A stretch of DNA of 64,000 nucleotides from Pavona decussata (Eukaryota), in assembly GCA_977016875.1 (NCBI GenBank), contig CDRNST010000144.1:2852001-2916000 (forward strand). The letters are read 5' to 3'. Below, one piece after another: positions 38,201-48,656 of the stretch (within the stretch, counting starts at the first letter, position 1; every line of letters starts with the position of its first letter). A program made the translations under genes and the position numbers. The notes under the pieces were generated by a model. It saw only the letters and a list, made by a program, of their open reading frames with translations. It did no database searches and had not been told where the DNA came from.

Positions 38201-41200
38201 CAAGCAGTTTAGTGTGGTAAGTCAAAGTTACCTTGGCAACTGAATTTTGGCAGGGAGTTTTTCCAGTTTTTCAAATAAAAGTAGTTGGAGATAAACATTT
38301 GATAAAAGAAATCAGGGAAATTATTTTACGTTTCAGTATCATCATGATATCATTTTGAAGTGAATAAATAAAAAAAGATATTGCGTTAATATTAATTATC
38401 AGTTCCACTGGAACTATTTTACACTTTTTGGAATATGTTAATACAACAGCTTTTTAATTAACTTGAAAATATTATCATTACAATATAATTGGAACATTGT
38501 TGTTGTTTTTTTCTTAGTGAGGAAGACACGAACTTTTTAGCAGCTTCCCCCCCCCCCCCCCTCCCTGTTAGTTTTATCAAAATTTGTGGCTTTCTGAAGT
38601 ATTGGGGGGAAATCTAAAAATCCAAAATTACCGCCATTTGGAAATCAAAATCATGGGATGTTTCTGCAAATGAGCGCCCGGTAGGGTGGGTGAGTGGGAA
38701 AAAAAGCCTGCCTGTCGGAATTGGTTGTTATGGTAACATTAAAGTCAATGATCACTAAATGACCCCATCAACGTTTTTCCCAGATAAATTTTAGAAACAT
38801 TCTGAAGTTTCATGGTGTTTGCGCAAATATTAGAAAACTTATTCATGTCCAAAGTTACCGCGGGCAGAATCCGTCCCCGGGTCTAGATAGGGTCAACGTC
38901 CACAGCGGGCAGTCATGTTGTTATAAGAAACGTGAATTACGTTACGATTTAGAATGGAAGCCATTTTGATCCCCCCAAACTTAAAAAAAGAAAAGAAAAA
39001 CAGTTAAATGATACTTAAAAAAAGTAAAAATTATTGTGTAAAAGCTAGTTTGTGACAAAAAACACTAATCTTCCGACTTCTGAACTGAACCTGTCTGTCA
39101 AAGAATGTTAGCCATGACAGCATCAAATTCATTGAATCCTGACCTGCCATACCAAATTGCTCCCAGAAGAAGTCACGAAAAAGTCACAAAAAAAAAAAAC
39201 CACGGAAAAAGTCACGAAGTTTTGTGTCGTTAGCACAATTCTTAAAAAATTTATAATCTTAAAAATTCTGCCCGGGTATAATCACCCCACCTCCTCTCAC
39301 CGGGGATTAATGTGTTCTCGGTTACCTCAACAGCATTTCATTGAAATGCTGGATTTGTTATACCTCATGTTGCTGTACTCACGGGTTGTGCTCAGAATTT
39401 GAAGTCATGCTTGCATCAGGAATGGGACCGTTTGATCCAAGGGCAAGACCAACTGGCTCGACATTCTCGCAGCCTACACAACAAGCAAAAAGGACTTACT
39501 GACATGTCAAAAACGAAAATGACTATATATTCTTGCTGTCTCTTAAAGGCGCTTGATCAGCCGCTTTCAAGGTATTCTTTAGGATGTATTCTTTTTTCGC
39601 TCAAATAAAACAAAATATTATTACAGATTTTAGTTGTTTTAAAATGAAGAAAACGAACAGGACTGCTGCAAAGTACTGCTCAGTATCTGTTTAAACTTTA
39701 TGATTTGATCCACATGCTCGGGTATTAGAACGATCTCGTACAGCATAATAACCCGAAGCATCTTTGCAATTAAAGACAAAGCTCAGTAGCTTCCATTTGA
39801 ATGGCCACACTTTAAACATGATTTCATCCATAGACTCAAAAGTTTGAACCATTATAATCTTGCATAGCATCTTAACCGTATGATTTCAGACCTAATTTTA
39901 CTCCACTCAGTTTAATTACCATTACAAATCAATTATAACTTATAAATGTAGGCATTCCTATCTCTCTCGGTCTTTGCGAGTCGCATTTTCTTAACCCTTT
40001 AACTCCTAATATCAAAGAACAAATTCTCCTATCTTGTCCCCATACGTTTCTTATAAAAGTACTGGGGAGACGATATTAAAATATCAACAAAATTTACCTT
40101 GGGTGATCATATCTTTAATTCTCATGAACTCAGGTGTTCAATAAGCATTGATATTACAAGGAAAAATTTGATGCTGATCATTGGTAGGGCTTTAAAAAGG
40201 GTAAATAGCACCAATGGAAACAATTGCTCAATAGGTTTCATTTGAATGATCACATTTTTTGTTTTTGTCCGGGGACACTACATTTGGATGTACTATTGAA
40301 ATTAAAAAGTTAAAGGATGTGCTCCGCCATTTCCGTGGCACTAAAAATGTGTGGAAGATCTAGAAGAAGGCTCGGACGTGCTTTTGGGGGTCGATTTATC
40401 CCTGGTGATGCTTGGTGTTTTCGAGACACTTATGCTATAGCATTGCAACATATTGATATGCCCTTCGACCGCTCATGACCAACCGGCAGTTTATTTTTCA
40501 ATCACTTTAATGCGGTAGTGTGTCGACGCGATTATGAGACGTAAGGCCAAGAAGTATATTCAGGTTTGTTCCTTTTCTATAAAAGTCAATACTGAGGAAG
40601 CATTTTCTGCCTTGTCATCAAATTCACGCAATATTCTTTTTTCCTTCCTAGTTTTTGAACTCGCCTTCAAGTTTCAGTTTAACGTACGTTTTCATGAGGC
40701 GTAAGGACGTTTAACTTTAAGGCAATTGCATTATTCGCACCATCAACAACCAATTTACCTATGTGCAGTTTACTTATGTGGATATAGTAACAGCTTTTAA
40801 ATTGGACGTGATCAAGAACACATATATGTAAAAAAGAAAAAAAAATTAAATTAAATAAGAATAAAAAAATTAAATAAAATATTTTCGTTTCCCAAGCTGA
40901 GACTAGTTTTTAAATCGATTAAATGCTACTTCACTTCCCTTTATCACAATTTAAAAGATCGCAGAAGTCTGTAACTTTCTTTAAAATTTCCATGCTAAAA
41001 CTAGCAACTCGAAATAAGACGCAAACAGCTCACTCGCTAACTATACATCGATAAATCAACTGAATATCTTAAAAGATAAATTCTGGGGGAAAATACTTTT
41101 AGCGGCAGATTGTAAATGTATATTCAAAAAAATTATCTAAAACTAAAGAAAATTACATCGCAGTGCTTAACAGCGAATGACGATAAAAAAGAAAAAGAAG

Positions 41201-41953
41201 AAAACGAAATAAAACAAAATGGTCTGAATTTTGCAGTGGACTTTATTATTTGAATTTCGTGAGCCTAATTGTACGGCTCAATAATAATAAAAAAGTAGAT
41301 AGGCAGAAATAATCAACTGAAAATAACAACGATGATCCCATCTGAAATTTTTGCTTGAAACTGGCTAGTAAAGTAAACATTTTTGGCAGAGTGATTTTAC
41401 CAGATGAGTGAAGGTTATTTTTTCTTGCACATATCACTACAATGTTGATAAATTGTAGACCGTTGGAGAAACTTTATGTATTGCTTATACATGATCTGAA
41501 GGCCCTCCCGTCGTAATGTCACTGCAATTTAATTTGTGTTAAATTCTGTCTTCGCGTAAATAGCAGAAAAAATATATATATATCGGGGCCATTTATTGCA
41601 TTTTCTCGCAGTGTTTCACGCTAAAATGTTTCTTGCTTTACTTCTGATTATATATCTCCATCCCCTTAATTTTTTCGATGCTCTGGATCATTGAGATTCC
41701 ATGGTATTTTGAAGGAAAACCATGTGTTACCCCAAAATTCCAAAAACGTTCATTTTTTGAGTGAATAAATTGCGTAAAAGATAGTACATTATGCCATACT
41801 ACGCTGAATATGATCGTTTGAGAATTTAACGAATGGAGTATTCACTGGGTAAACATAAGTTTGAAAAAAATTGAATAATCGCTGTGGAGACTTACCTAGT
41901 ACAACCGCCGAGGCCACTGCAGCACAAAGCAGGAAAATGAATGGCCGTAACAT
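5281..41953 (-). CDS. 25-exon gene for a secreted multidomain protein (SP-FA58C-PT linker-half EGF-7 EGF_CA-2 CCP-2 HYR-CCP-2 GCC2/3-Ig); SVEP1/Uninflatable/SCUBE-like, about 1125 aa
   Basis: Exons found by hand all have AG/GT boundaries and matching phases. Lengths sum to 3378 nt with no internal stop. Domain motifs are recognisable in the translation (see the exon entries). Confidence 0.9.
5830..5903. repeat. (TAC)n(TAA)n microsatellite
   Basis: Direct reading. Confidence 0.95.
5927..6058 (-). CDS. exon 24, Ig domain N-half ([44 protein letters not shown])
   Basis: C...G.P.P Ig I-set motif, CAG/GT, phase 1-1. Confidence 0.85.
7531..7710 (-). CDS. exon 23, GCC2/GCC3 repeat 2
   Basis: C..GQFS.SG..PC..CP...FQ...GQ..C..CP...TT...GSTS...C pattern. 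Confidence 0.93.
7875..8266 (+). repeat. A-B-A duplication: about 120-bp direct repeats (7875-7999, 8148-8266) around a copy of 4434-4574
   Basis: Direct sequence comparison. Confidence 0.92.
8278..8430 (-). CDS. exon 22, GCC2/GCC3 (ephrin-receptor-like) repeat 1
   Basis: C..G.Y..C..C..G....EG...C..CP...ST...GS..C pattern. Confidence 0.93.
8500..8770. repeat. compound (GACT)/(GATT)/(GAAT) tetranucleotide repeat
   Basis: Direct reading. Confidence 0.85.
8969..9058 (-). CDS. exon 21, Cys linker ([30 protein letters not shown])
   Basis: TAG acceptor, GTGAGT donor, phase 1-1. Confidence 0.8.
9580..9762 (-). CDS. exon 20, degenerate sushi/CCP 3 ([17 protein letters not shown]...EIPDCV)
   Basis: C..P..P.NG..C..C.L.C..TC...PDC pattern, GTAAG donor. 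Confidence 0.88.
10470..10709 (-). CDS. exon 19, HYR domain 2
   Basis: DKEAP..CP..VTW..P.FTDN..PG..F..G.T.V.YTA.D..N.A.C.F.V motif. Confidence 0.95.
12488..12546. repeat. (AAAT)n microsatellite
   Basis: Direct reading. Confidence 0.95.
12557..12805 (-). CDS. exon 18, HYR domain 1
   Basis: P.ITCP...FP.G.T.LTYTAT..G..A.C...I.V motif, phase 1-1. Confidence 0.92.
12927..13233. mobile_element. MITE with TTACGGCGAACGGCAAA / TTTGCCGTTTGCCGTAA subterminal inverted repeats
   Basis: Inverted ends; diverged second copy at 58307-58559. Confidence 0.7.
14050..14330. repeat. dispersed repeat family with CCAAGATGGC core (related copies near 6780-7030, 21050-21370, 33140-33420, 38540-38895)
   Basis: Recurrent GCCATCTTGGATCC...TTGGATTTCT motif and similar flanks; boundaries approximate. 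Confidence 0.55.
14723..14917 (-). CDS. exon 17, sushi/CCP 2 ([13 protein letters not shown]...[35 protein letters not shown])
   Basis: CCP consensus, AG/GT sites. Confidence 0.95.
15969..16342. mobile_element. palindromic MITE (GACGGTGCCTACT family), copy 2
   Basis: Shares AAGGGCTATT...ATAATTAAGCAACAATAAT blocks with 2697-3106. Confidence 0.7.
16444..16797. mobile_element. MITE with about 28-bp inverted ends
   Basis: TTTAAACAGGAAGTTCCGGTATAAAAGG ... CCTTTTATAGCGGAACTTCTTGTTTAAA. Confidence 0.75.
16894..17088 (-). CDS. exon 16, sushi/CCP 1 (VKTCPKL...[12 protein letters not shown]...[15 protein letters not shown])
   Basis: CP..C.F.C..GY.L..C...G.W..C pattern (6-Cys variant), GTAAGT donor. 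Confidence 0.92.
17812..17845 (-). ncRNA. minimal type I hammerhead-like motif with G5A core change (probably inactive)
   Basis: Minus strand reads GCT-CTAACGA-AGGGTTAACGCTC-GAAACGTC-AGC; same repeat as 29921-29954. Confidence 0.55.
18465..18757. mobile_element. hairpin-ended non-autonomous element (degenerate relative at about 4120-4350)
   Basis: TATTCCAC...GGATATGAGATGAT / ATCATCCCATATCC...GTGGAATA hairpin, then a body bounded by TTATTGAAAAC / GTTTTTAATAA. Confidence 0.65.
18837..18971 (-). CDS. exon 15, EGF_CA 7 ([45 protein letters not shown])
   Basis: cbEGF consensus, AG/GT sites. Confidence 0.95.
20200..20421 (-). mobile_element. 3' end of a non-LTR retroelement with AATAAA and (ATT)n tail; second copy at 59995-60196
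   Basis: About 125 bp shared between the two copies, each abutting an (AAT)n tract. Confidence 0.6.
20661..20783 (-). CDS. exon 14, EGF_CA 6 ([41 protein letters not shown])
   Basis: cbEGF consensus, AG/GT sites. Confidence 0.95.
23266..23391 (-). CDS. exon 13, EGF_CA 5 ([42 protein letters not shown])
   Basis: cbEGF consensus, AG/GT sites. Confidence 0.95.
23943..24254. mobile_element. inverted pair of Penelope-like pLTR ends carrying a hammerhead motif
   Basis: About 65-bp inverted arms (23943-24008, 24190-24254), inner hairpin, tandem CATTTATATCACTGAG. Confidence 0.65.
23992..24035 (-). ncRNA. minimal type I hammerhead ribozyme motif
   Basis: ATCGC-CTGAAGA-A-GATT..AGTC-GAAACGTT-GCGAT: 5-bp stem I, intact CUGANGA/GAAA core, palindromic stem III. 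Confidence 0.65.
24431..24600. mobile_element. partial copy (one arm) of the same MITE family
   Basis: ATGCGTGG...AATAACCCTTGC...TAGTAGGCACTGTCC matches the family arm. Confidence 0.6.
24681..24809 (-). CDS. exon 12, EGF_CA 4 ([43 protein letters not shown])
   Basis: cbEGF consensus, AG/GT sites. Confidence 0.95.
25285..25413 (-). CDS. exon 11, EGF_CA 3 ([43 protein letters not shown])
   Basis: cbEGF consensus, AG/GTAAG. Confidence 0.95.
26388..26693. mobile_element. MITE with TTTTCAATTGAGT / ACTCAGTTGAAAA inverted ends
   Basis: Inverted termini, internal CCAATCA boxes. Confidence 0.6.
26737..26862 (-). CDS. exon 10, EGF_CA 2 ([42 protein letters not shown])
   Basis: cbEGF consensus, AG/GT sites. 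Confidence 0.95.
28749..28868 (-). CDS. exon 9, EGF_CA 1 ([40 protein letters not shown])
   Basis: D.NEC consensus, 6 Cys, phase 1-1. Confidence 0.95.
29921..29954 (-). ncRNA. minimal type I hammerhead ribozyme motif
   Basis: GCT-CTGACGA-AGGGTTGACGCTC-GAAAC-GTC-AGC: intact core, GUC cleavage triplet. Confidence 0.65.
30193..30240 (-). CDS. exon 8, C-terminal half EGF ([16 protein letters not shown])
   Basis: C..GY.L..D.KTC motif, TTTTAG/GTAGGT, 48 nt. Confidence 0.85.
30743..30775 (-). CDS. exon 7, 33-nt micro-exon ([11 protein letters not shown])
   Basis: Polypyrimidine tract plus AAG acceptor, GTATGT donor, phase 1-1, Pro/Thr-rich. Confidence 0.75.
31167..31199 (-). CDS. exon 6, 33-nt micro-exon ([11 protein letters not shown])
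   Basis: Polypyrimidine tract plus AAG acceptor, GTATGT donor, phase 1-1, Pro/Thr-rich. Confidence 0.75.
31370..31545 (+). mobile_element. 5'-truncated SINE (Nin-domain-like core) with (ACCATT)n tail
   Basis: GGGACGTTAAAGAACCC...AAAGAGTAGGG...GTTCCC core recognised from memory, followed by a short tandem tail. Confidence 0.55.
31810..32092 (+). mobile_element. tRNA-derived SINE
   Basis: B box GGTTCGATTCC, degenerate A box, core TTTTCTCCTGGTACTCCGGTT, (ATTT)n tail. Confidence 0.8.
32207..32357 (-). CDS. exon 5, end of F5/8 type C ([16 protein letters not shown]...[25 protein letters not shown])
   Basis: F.GN.D, ARYIRI.P and CMRVELY.C motifs, GTAAGT donor. Confidence 0.93.
32835..32946. repeat. 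short foldback / MITE remnant
   Basis: TACAATTACACAAAT..TAGCTCGAGATCGAGT versus ACTCGATTCGAGCTA..ATTTGAGTAATTGTA. Confidence 0.6.
34485..35172. mobile_element. TTAA-flanked MITE with about 150-bp TIRs (Kolobok-like)
   Basis: TTAA at 34481-34484 and 35173-35176; long inverted repeats, also seen as the mirror ORFs 34429+ and 35040-. Confidence 0.88.
35856..36005 (-). CDS. exon 4, F5/8 type C ([50 protein letters not shown])
   Basis: IDxG..I.TQGR..QYV..Y.V.YS.DG motif, 150 nt, phase 0-0. Confidence 0.92.
37110..37600 (+). mobile_element. decayed Penelope-like element 3' end (GIY-YIG endonuclease remnant)
   Basis: Frameshifted [42 protein letters not shown]. Confidence 0.75.
37679..37796 (-). 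CDS. exon 3, F5/8 type C ([39 protein letters not shown])
   Basis: GRLN...AWCA discoidin motif, TTTCAG acceptor, GT donor, phases 2 to 0 fit. Confidence 0.9.
39383..39473 (-). CDS. exon 2, start of F5/8 type C domain ([31 protein letters not shown])
   Basis: TAG acceptor, GTGAGT donor, C..P.G...IPD..MT.S motif. Confidence 0.88.
39991..40205. mobile_element. piggyBac-type MITE (TTAA-CCCT...AGGG) inside a degenerate tandem repeat (about 39655-40270)
   Basis: TTAACCCTTT start, AAAGGGTAAA end; flanking GCTCA.TAG...CATTTGAATG..CACA units. Confidence 0.6.
41896..41953 (-). CDS. exon 1, signal peptide [19 protein letters not shown]
   Basis: ATG, hydrophobic core, GTAAG donor in phase 1 matching exon 2. 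Confidence 0.85.
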
Positions 41954-43583
41954 CGTACGTTAATGTTCAAAGCCTTTCGAAAAGCAACAGGAGTTTCTAC
42001 GGTAATTGTAAAGTAAGTGCTTCTCCGTGGTAAGATTGCAAAGTAGCCCCTCTGTGCACACTTTGCTCTTTCCCATCTAATGACGTATCATTAAAATTCA
42101 TTATTTTAATCAACGAGGTGAAAAGAACCCGATAATATTAGAATTGTTTTCTTTTGAACACAGGTGAGCAAACTAAATTATCAACGCCTCCGAGAAGTCT
42201 CTTAGCTGTTTACATAGCTGGCACAACTATACAAACTTTTTTGCATCCCGAGTTACTGTGATTGGCAAAACACAAGGCTATTGGCTTAAGCATGATAATT
42301 CTTTCGGTATTAATCACCCGAAATCAAGTAATTGCCTGTGTAAAACGCCTTAAACCTTCTCATCTATATTCGCCTACTCTTCCTGCTGATTGCACGAAAT
42401 CCTTTCAAATTACTCCCTGAAAACACACTTTTACAATTCTTTTAAGTCAGACGAAGATCTAATTTTCAGAAGATTAAAATAAGCGTCTCGATAGAATGCG
42501 TACAAATCTAACACTTTCATAACGCAAATAACGTAGAAATAGACATTTTAAACATAAAATTATAAACAGTTGTCATAAGGTCATCTCATCTGTTGATGAA
42601 AAATGATAAAAAATAAGTATTTTAAAGACCTTCTTTGTCTTTGATAGAAGTTGATTAACCGCTAAATCATATTTTTTTGTGCCTTTTTCTAATTCCGTAG
42701 GACGAAGGTAGAAAATCCCTCGTTCTCACCTGTTCGTCACAAATGACATTGGTCACGATCACCTCATAATTATTTCAAGATAGATATATATGTATATTTT
42801 TCGTTCTGTATGTACTAAATTATTATTATAAATGTTCATCAGTCACTAAGGATTTTCTAAAGCCAAATCTTTACTAATTGTCCTTTCAACAACTCCAGTA
42901 ATTTTTTTAACTGCTTCCAATTTGTCAGCCGAGTATCGTCAACGGCCACTTCATAACTATTACGGCCACGGGCGAGCGAGCTGTCAGAAAAAAAGGTTAT
43001 GTTAGGAAAGAGGGACTGGACGTTATCGGGTATAAACTCCGCCGTTCATATTTGTCCTATGAGAGCTTCAGAAATAAACCCAGTTTCTGGAGAGAGAGAG
43101 TTCTGTTTTCCTGATTTGGAAGTTTAACATGCTCACTTCTCCTTCAGGATTTCAAGCATGTTTTAAAAGTGAGAACGGCACCATGCAGTTACCGCTTAAA
43201 GTCCGACTTTAAACAAGAAACAGAAGTACACATTATCTGCGAGCTCCCTGTTTCATGTATTTTTGTTTTAGTGGTGATAGTAGATTTCAATAGAATTTTA
43301 CAATTTTATTAAAACAATAGCTGTAACACGACAAATCCTTGCCAAACGAAACGTTTTTCAAGTCACGTATTTTTTTTCCTTCGGAGAGACGTGCGTAAAT
43401 AATATAATTAATATGGGAGGCAATGTTTAAACGGCTTGTGTACACGTAAAAAGTTAGTGAAGCCAATAAAATTCACGTCCATTAAAAGGCACGACAATGT
43501 TACTCGATATTAAAAATTCGCCATGAGTATCCCCGAGATAAAGAAGAACAAAAAAGATCATATGCCTTATAGAACGCATACGA

Positions 43584-44118
43584 GCAATAGGCCTTATCAC
43601 GGTTTTCGACGCCATTTTGACGAGTAGGCAAACAGGATTGAAATAACAGTGTTTGTATGGAAATCTGATGTCAAATAATTTTCATAAAACATCGCTTCTG
43701 AAAAAGTCATGAATTGGAAACTTTTTGCACTAGGAAAAGGATTTGAAGAAAAAAAAAATGGACGTACGTAGTTGTGACAGAAAGCGTCCAGTCGTGTTTT
43801 GAACTTTCCACACATTTATCTGTATAGCGAACCAGCCGTGAACTGCTACTAAAAATAGTTCGCGGGAAAAAAAGGAGAAAAATGTATGGAAATTTCAAAA
43901 AACGACTGGACGCTTTCTGGCATAGCTGCATTCCTCCAATTTGTTTTTGCTTAAAATCCTTTTCCTAGTGCCAAAAGTTTCCAATTCATGAATTTTTCAG
44001 AAGCGATGTTTTATGAAAATTATTCAGTGACATCAGATTTCCATACAAACATTCTTTTTTTCAAGCCTATTTGCCCACTTGTCAAAATGACGTCGAAAAC
44101 CGTGATAAGGCCTATTGC
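43584..44118. mobile_element. foldback MITE with about 170-bp TIRs (AATAGGCC ends)
   Basis: GCAATAGGCCTTATCACGGTTTTCGACG ... CGTCGAAAACCGTGATAAGGCCTATTGC and a long inverted match. Confidence 0.9.
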
Positions 44119-44267
44119 TGTGCTATTTTAATTTCGGTCTAGTGTCAACAAGCAAGACGACATGATGTAAATATAACAATGGATTTTTTCTGTACTTTCC
44201 GGATATATACAACATGTAAATTTGATAGTTAGACGAGAAGGAAAGAAAGAAAAATGCGGAAAAGGAG

Positions 44268-44310
<43 letters not shown>

Positions 44311-44329
44311 ACGAACGAAGACAGAAAGA
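44268..44329. repeat. (GAAA)n microsatellite running into an N-gap
   Basis: Direct reading. Confidence 0.9.
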
Positions 44330-45789
44330 NNNNNNNNNNNNNNNNNNNNNNNNNNNNNNNNNNNNNNNNNNNNNNNNNNNNNNNNNNNNNNNNNNNNNNN
44401 NNNNNNNNNNNNNNNNNNNNNNNNNNNNNNNNNNNNNNNNNNNNNNNNNNNNNNNNNNNNNNNNNNNNNNNNNNNNNNNNNNNNNNNNNNNNNNNNNNNN
44501 NNNNNNNNNNNNNNNNNNNNNNNNNNNNNNNNNNNNNNNNNNNNNNNNNNNNNNNNNNNNNNNNNNNNNNNNNNNNAAGTGAATTGCTAGTTTTCATTAT
44601 TAATACTCAAGATGGTATAAACAGATAGGTAAAACCAATGCAAACAATACTGAACCATTCGCCGCAAGTTAACGCAGAACAATGTACCACCCACAACTCA
44701 CGTTAAAATGTTAAAATGTTCTACTAGGACAGGACAACCAAATTAATCAAATTGGTCGAGGTTAAAACAAGTGGATTAATTATAAAATAGAATACGACCT
44801 AACATAATGTAATTTTAAAGAATATTACGGCAAAAAGCTTGACTGCCAGACAGGTATCAAGTCACATCAGCATTGACATGTCGTATCAAAAGGTTACAAA
44901 ATAAATTTTAGGAGCTCTTAGGCTGAGTGACTTTAAACTCCCAATTGAATTTAATACCGTAGAGAAATCAAAATACAGCCACAGCCAGACCGACATCGAA
45001 ATTTCAAGCCTCCTCAATCGCCGCACGAACTGTTGTGTTGGAGATGTAAAGACACCTGAAATCCGAATTTGGACTAATGATTGCTTTCCAATGGAAGCAG
45101 CTAAGATTCTTGAGGGAAAACTTCATGTACGCGCAAGACCTTATCCCTTTTCTGCTGTTTATATTTATACTAGCTTTGTAAATTTAACACCAATAGTTTA
45201 TTACGTACAGACCGGTAATTTAAATGCTTTCAAGCACGCATACCTTTTTTCTTTTACACATAAGAACCTTTCGTATAGAACGTTGAGACCTTAATTATAA
45301 GAACACACTTAAAGCTGAGAGTCAATTAAAAACGTCTTTATTTTTACCGTTAAGTGGATATTATTGAAGCGGGTAAATAAGAACATAAAAATTTAGTCTA
45401 AGAGTTCCAATTAACAGCATCAGAGCGTCTTGAGTACCACGGACGCACATCCCTAAAAACATGAGTCACTGAAAAGGAAGTTCAGACTCAGCCCCCCAAA
45501 AATAAAACCTTTTATAAAAAAGGGGGATGCGTTTATATGAAATTTAAGATCTTTAAAACGTCCTACTAGGCTTTGTAACGGCACCGGTTTGCATCATCAC
45601 AGTAGCGGTACGAGGAGTGGGTTGGTTCCTCGGTGAAAAATAGAGAGCATCAATCGCCGGTTAGGACCCTTCTCCAAATATGGCAGAAGCGGAAATAATT
45701 ATTTGCAAGTTGTGATCACGTGTGACACGTAATTTCAAGTACCCTCGCAATGTGTGGCGTGATGTCATTGATCACAGAACGTTCAGTAT

Positions 45790-46070
45790 GATTACTGGGC
45801 CGATATGTCGACCGATATAGCGGTGCAATCGAGATGTCGAGGAAGTGTCGAAAGGAGATACCGATAAAGTATCGGTCGCTAAGCGGTGGGATATCGATGA
45901 AGAATGGCTGATGTGTGTCGATGGAGTGTCGGTGTATTGCTACAATTGCTAAATCGGCCGACACACACCTTAATCGATGCGTGGACCAATATAGTGGGAC
46001 ACTGTCCGCGCGACCGAGTCTTGACCGACATTTCGAAGAGATATAGAGCGATTGCTACCATCGATCGAGG
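45790..46070. repeat. degenerate GTCGA/CCGA-rich short-period repeat
   Basis: Many TCGA/CCGA/TCGG units at roughly 10-20 bp spacing. Confidence 0.5.
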
Positions 46071-47226
46071 CCCCGTCCTGTTCCCTTGATAAATTAAATT
46101 GACTTCTAAAATTTCGGAACGACCCCATTAAAGATTGGCACGTATGTAAACTAACTTGATTGGTTTCGCTACTGATAAGCGTTCGGTTTTCACGTTCATC
46201 CGATCGATGCTTTGATCTCCAGCGCCACGTTTTCTACTTGGTCAATCATTTTTCTATACACCTCATCGAATTCTACACAGTACTTAATTCCCTCCTCGTG
46301 CTTAATTTCTTGGCCTTTGCGAATCGCAGTACTTACTTAGTCGCTTGCAGTATTGCCGTGCAAATGAACTCCGATACTCAGCTCTTATAGAAAAAGGCTG
46401 AGGTCTTTAGCCACCATTCGTCGATTAAGCAAGTAGCACTGCTGCTGATTTATGCCGCTTTTTCCCAAAATCCGAACCATTCCAACAGATGACGTGAATT
46501 GAAGTGTCTTCACAAATTATTGATCCACAGGAAGTCAGTAACTCTAGTCGTCTAAGAGTAATTTGATTGACCATAGATAGAGAGTGGCTAAATAGTGATT
46601 GGATCCAGTGTTACTTGGGAAGAACGTTAGTAAAGGAAAGCCGACGTCCGGCAAGCAGGCCTTTGTGGAGGGGAGGGTAATACGACTCTTCTATAAAAGA
46701 CTGGCAGCTACCTAGGGTGGTGATGGAACAATAATTTAAATGCGCAATACCTCAACACCTATTTGGCGTTGCCACTTCGTTGGGTTTAATATTAACAAGT
46801 GCATAAAGTCTGCCAAGGTGAGGATCTATATCTCGCCAAACAACTCCTTTTCTCTAAAATATGTTTTTATATGAGTTCGTTATGTTTTATTATGACTTCT
46901 GTTATATAGGATCAGTAAAGGTAATAAGTATAAATCCAGGCGTTCAGCTAGTGGGGATAAACGTGAGGAGCTGAAAATAAATGAGAAGAGACTGGTGATA
47001 CAGCAATGACGTCAGGTTTGTATATTACAGACATTGAAATCAACCTCGCAGTACCACGAAAATTTGATCAGTCAACGTAAATATACCTGACTTAGTGTCA
47101 GTGACAAAAATAAGCAAATTTTAAGTCTTTCCCAATTACGAGGTATTTTACACGAACGTTCCTTTTCTAACACTATAATCTCAATACAATACATCGCAAT
47201 GCAAATGGTGTAATGTAACGCAATAA

Positions 47227-48656
47227 ATATATCTTATTGACCAAGCACGAGGCTCGTACTGGGGAAATATCGCGGTCTTGACAGTACGGACCGAGCGTAG
47301 CGAGTTCTGTAAAAACAAAAACAAAAAAAAACAAAACAAAACAAAAAAAAAAACAACAAAAAAAAAAACAAACAAACAAAAAAACAGAGGGCCGATATTC
47401 TCCCAGTACGGTCCCGAGCAAGCTCGGTCAATAAGAGATTTATTACACGGCTGAAGAGAACTTTTTATTTTATAAATGAAGCATTTCGTCAACAACAAAA
47501 ACAAACAAACAAACAAACAAACAAACTAAAAAGACCCGGTACTGGTTGAAAAGGATTTTTCAAATCAAAAGTTATGATTAGCCGTTGCAGTGCAGGAATC
47601 AGATTCTCTTACTTTTAATTGAACCAATCAGATTATCCTAGTTTTTGGTTAAAAAAATATCAAGCGTGTCAGGAACTGTCAAAACTGTCAAAAAAACTAA
47701 CTTTCTATTTTCATTCAACTCACTTCTATAAAAAGAAAATAGCTTTGATTCTACGAAAATCTTTCAACGAGGAAAGGAATAGTTTAACAAAGTGGAACGG
47801 TTTAACGCTTTGTGGTTTTTAACACCTGGAAAATTAACGTTTTCAATTTATGGCTCTTCTGTCATGTCGAAACTCAAGTTCATTGCCAATCGTCATTGCA
47901 AGGTTGATCGGTGGGCAGTCAACAATCACGCGCCGTTGAGTCAGAGCTACAAACTTAATTCAATCTTCGTCGTCGGTTTCAATGATGAGCCTTCTTGGTC
48001 TTTTAAATAGAACTGGTTTATTAATAATTTTAACTGACCCTGTCATGAACTGGAATGTGCAGGCCGTTATGGATGACATTTATGTTAGCATCAACAAAGA
48101 CGGCCAGCTGAGACGGCTCCAAGAGCGTATGAGCTTGAAGAGTAACCTGAACAGCTGACGACGGAGGTCACAACGTTCTGAATTTTAAAAACTGAAGCCA
48201 ACGTTGACGTAATCGTAGAAACCATGAAAATTTACATCGCTGGAGCTTCCAGTTGTTGACTCGTTTCTTGATTCCATTGAGTGAATCGGGCATCTGACCT
48301 TGGTGACTAAAAGAAGCCAATTTGTACGCGCTGAATATAATAAATGTGCTCCCTGAACTTCGCCACGTAGTTTTCGGAATAATTGGCGTTAAGCAATCTA
48401 CCGATGCTGGTTTTCCTCACTGAATGATCGGACAGCTTTCTCTTGCCCGTTTGAAGGCCAGCATGCACCAGAGGCAGCGTCTGAAAAAAACTTGCATCGT
48501 CCGCCATCTTGATTTGAAGTTGAAAGCGGGACACAACGCGAGATCATTCGGGACAATACCCGGTCCAATACTTGGAAAATACTGGTCTGGCAATAGAGCG
48601 ATCTGATTGATTGATTTTATAGTTATTGGCCCTCGGACTGCCTTAGTCGTGTAATA
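47227..48656. mobile_element. hairpin-ended element (Crypton-type architecture, inferred)
   Basis: TCTTATTGACC...GGTCAATAAGA hairpin, then a body bounded by TTATTACACGGCT / AGTCGTGTAATA. Confidence 0.6.

Noticed and set aside
45790-46070. Regularly spaced GTCGA/CCGA units suggesting a CRISPR-like array
   Set aside because: No constant repeat with unique spacers, no cas genes, eukaryotic context
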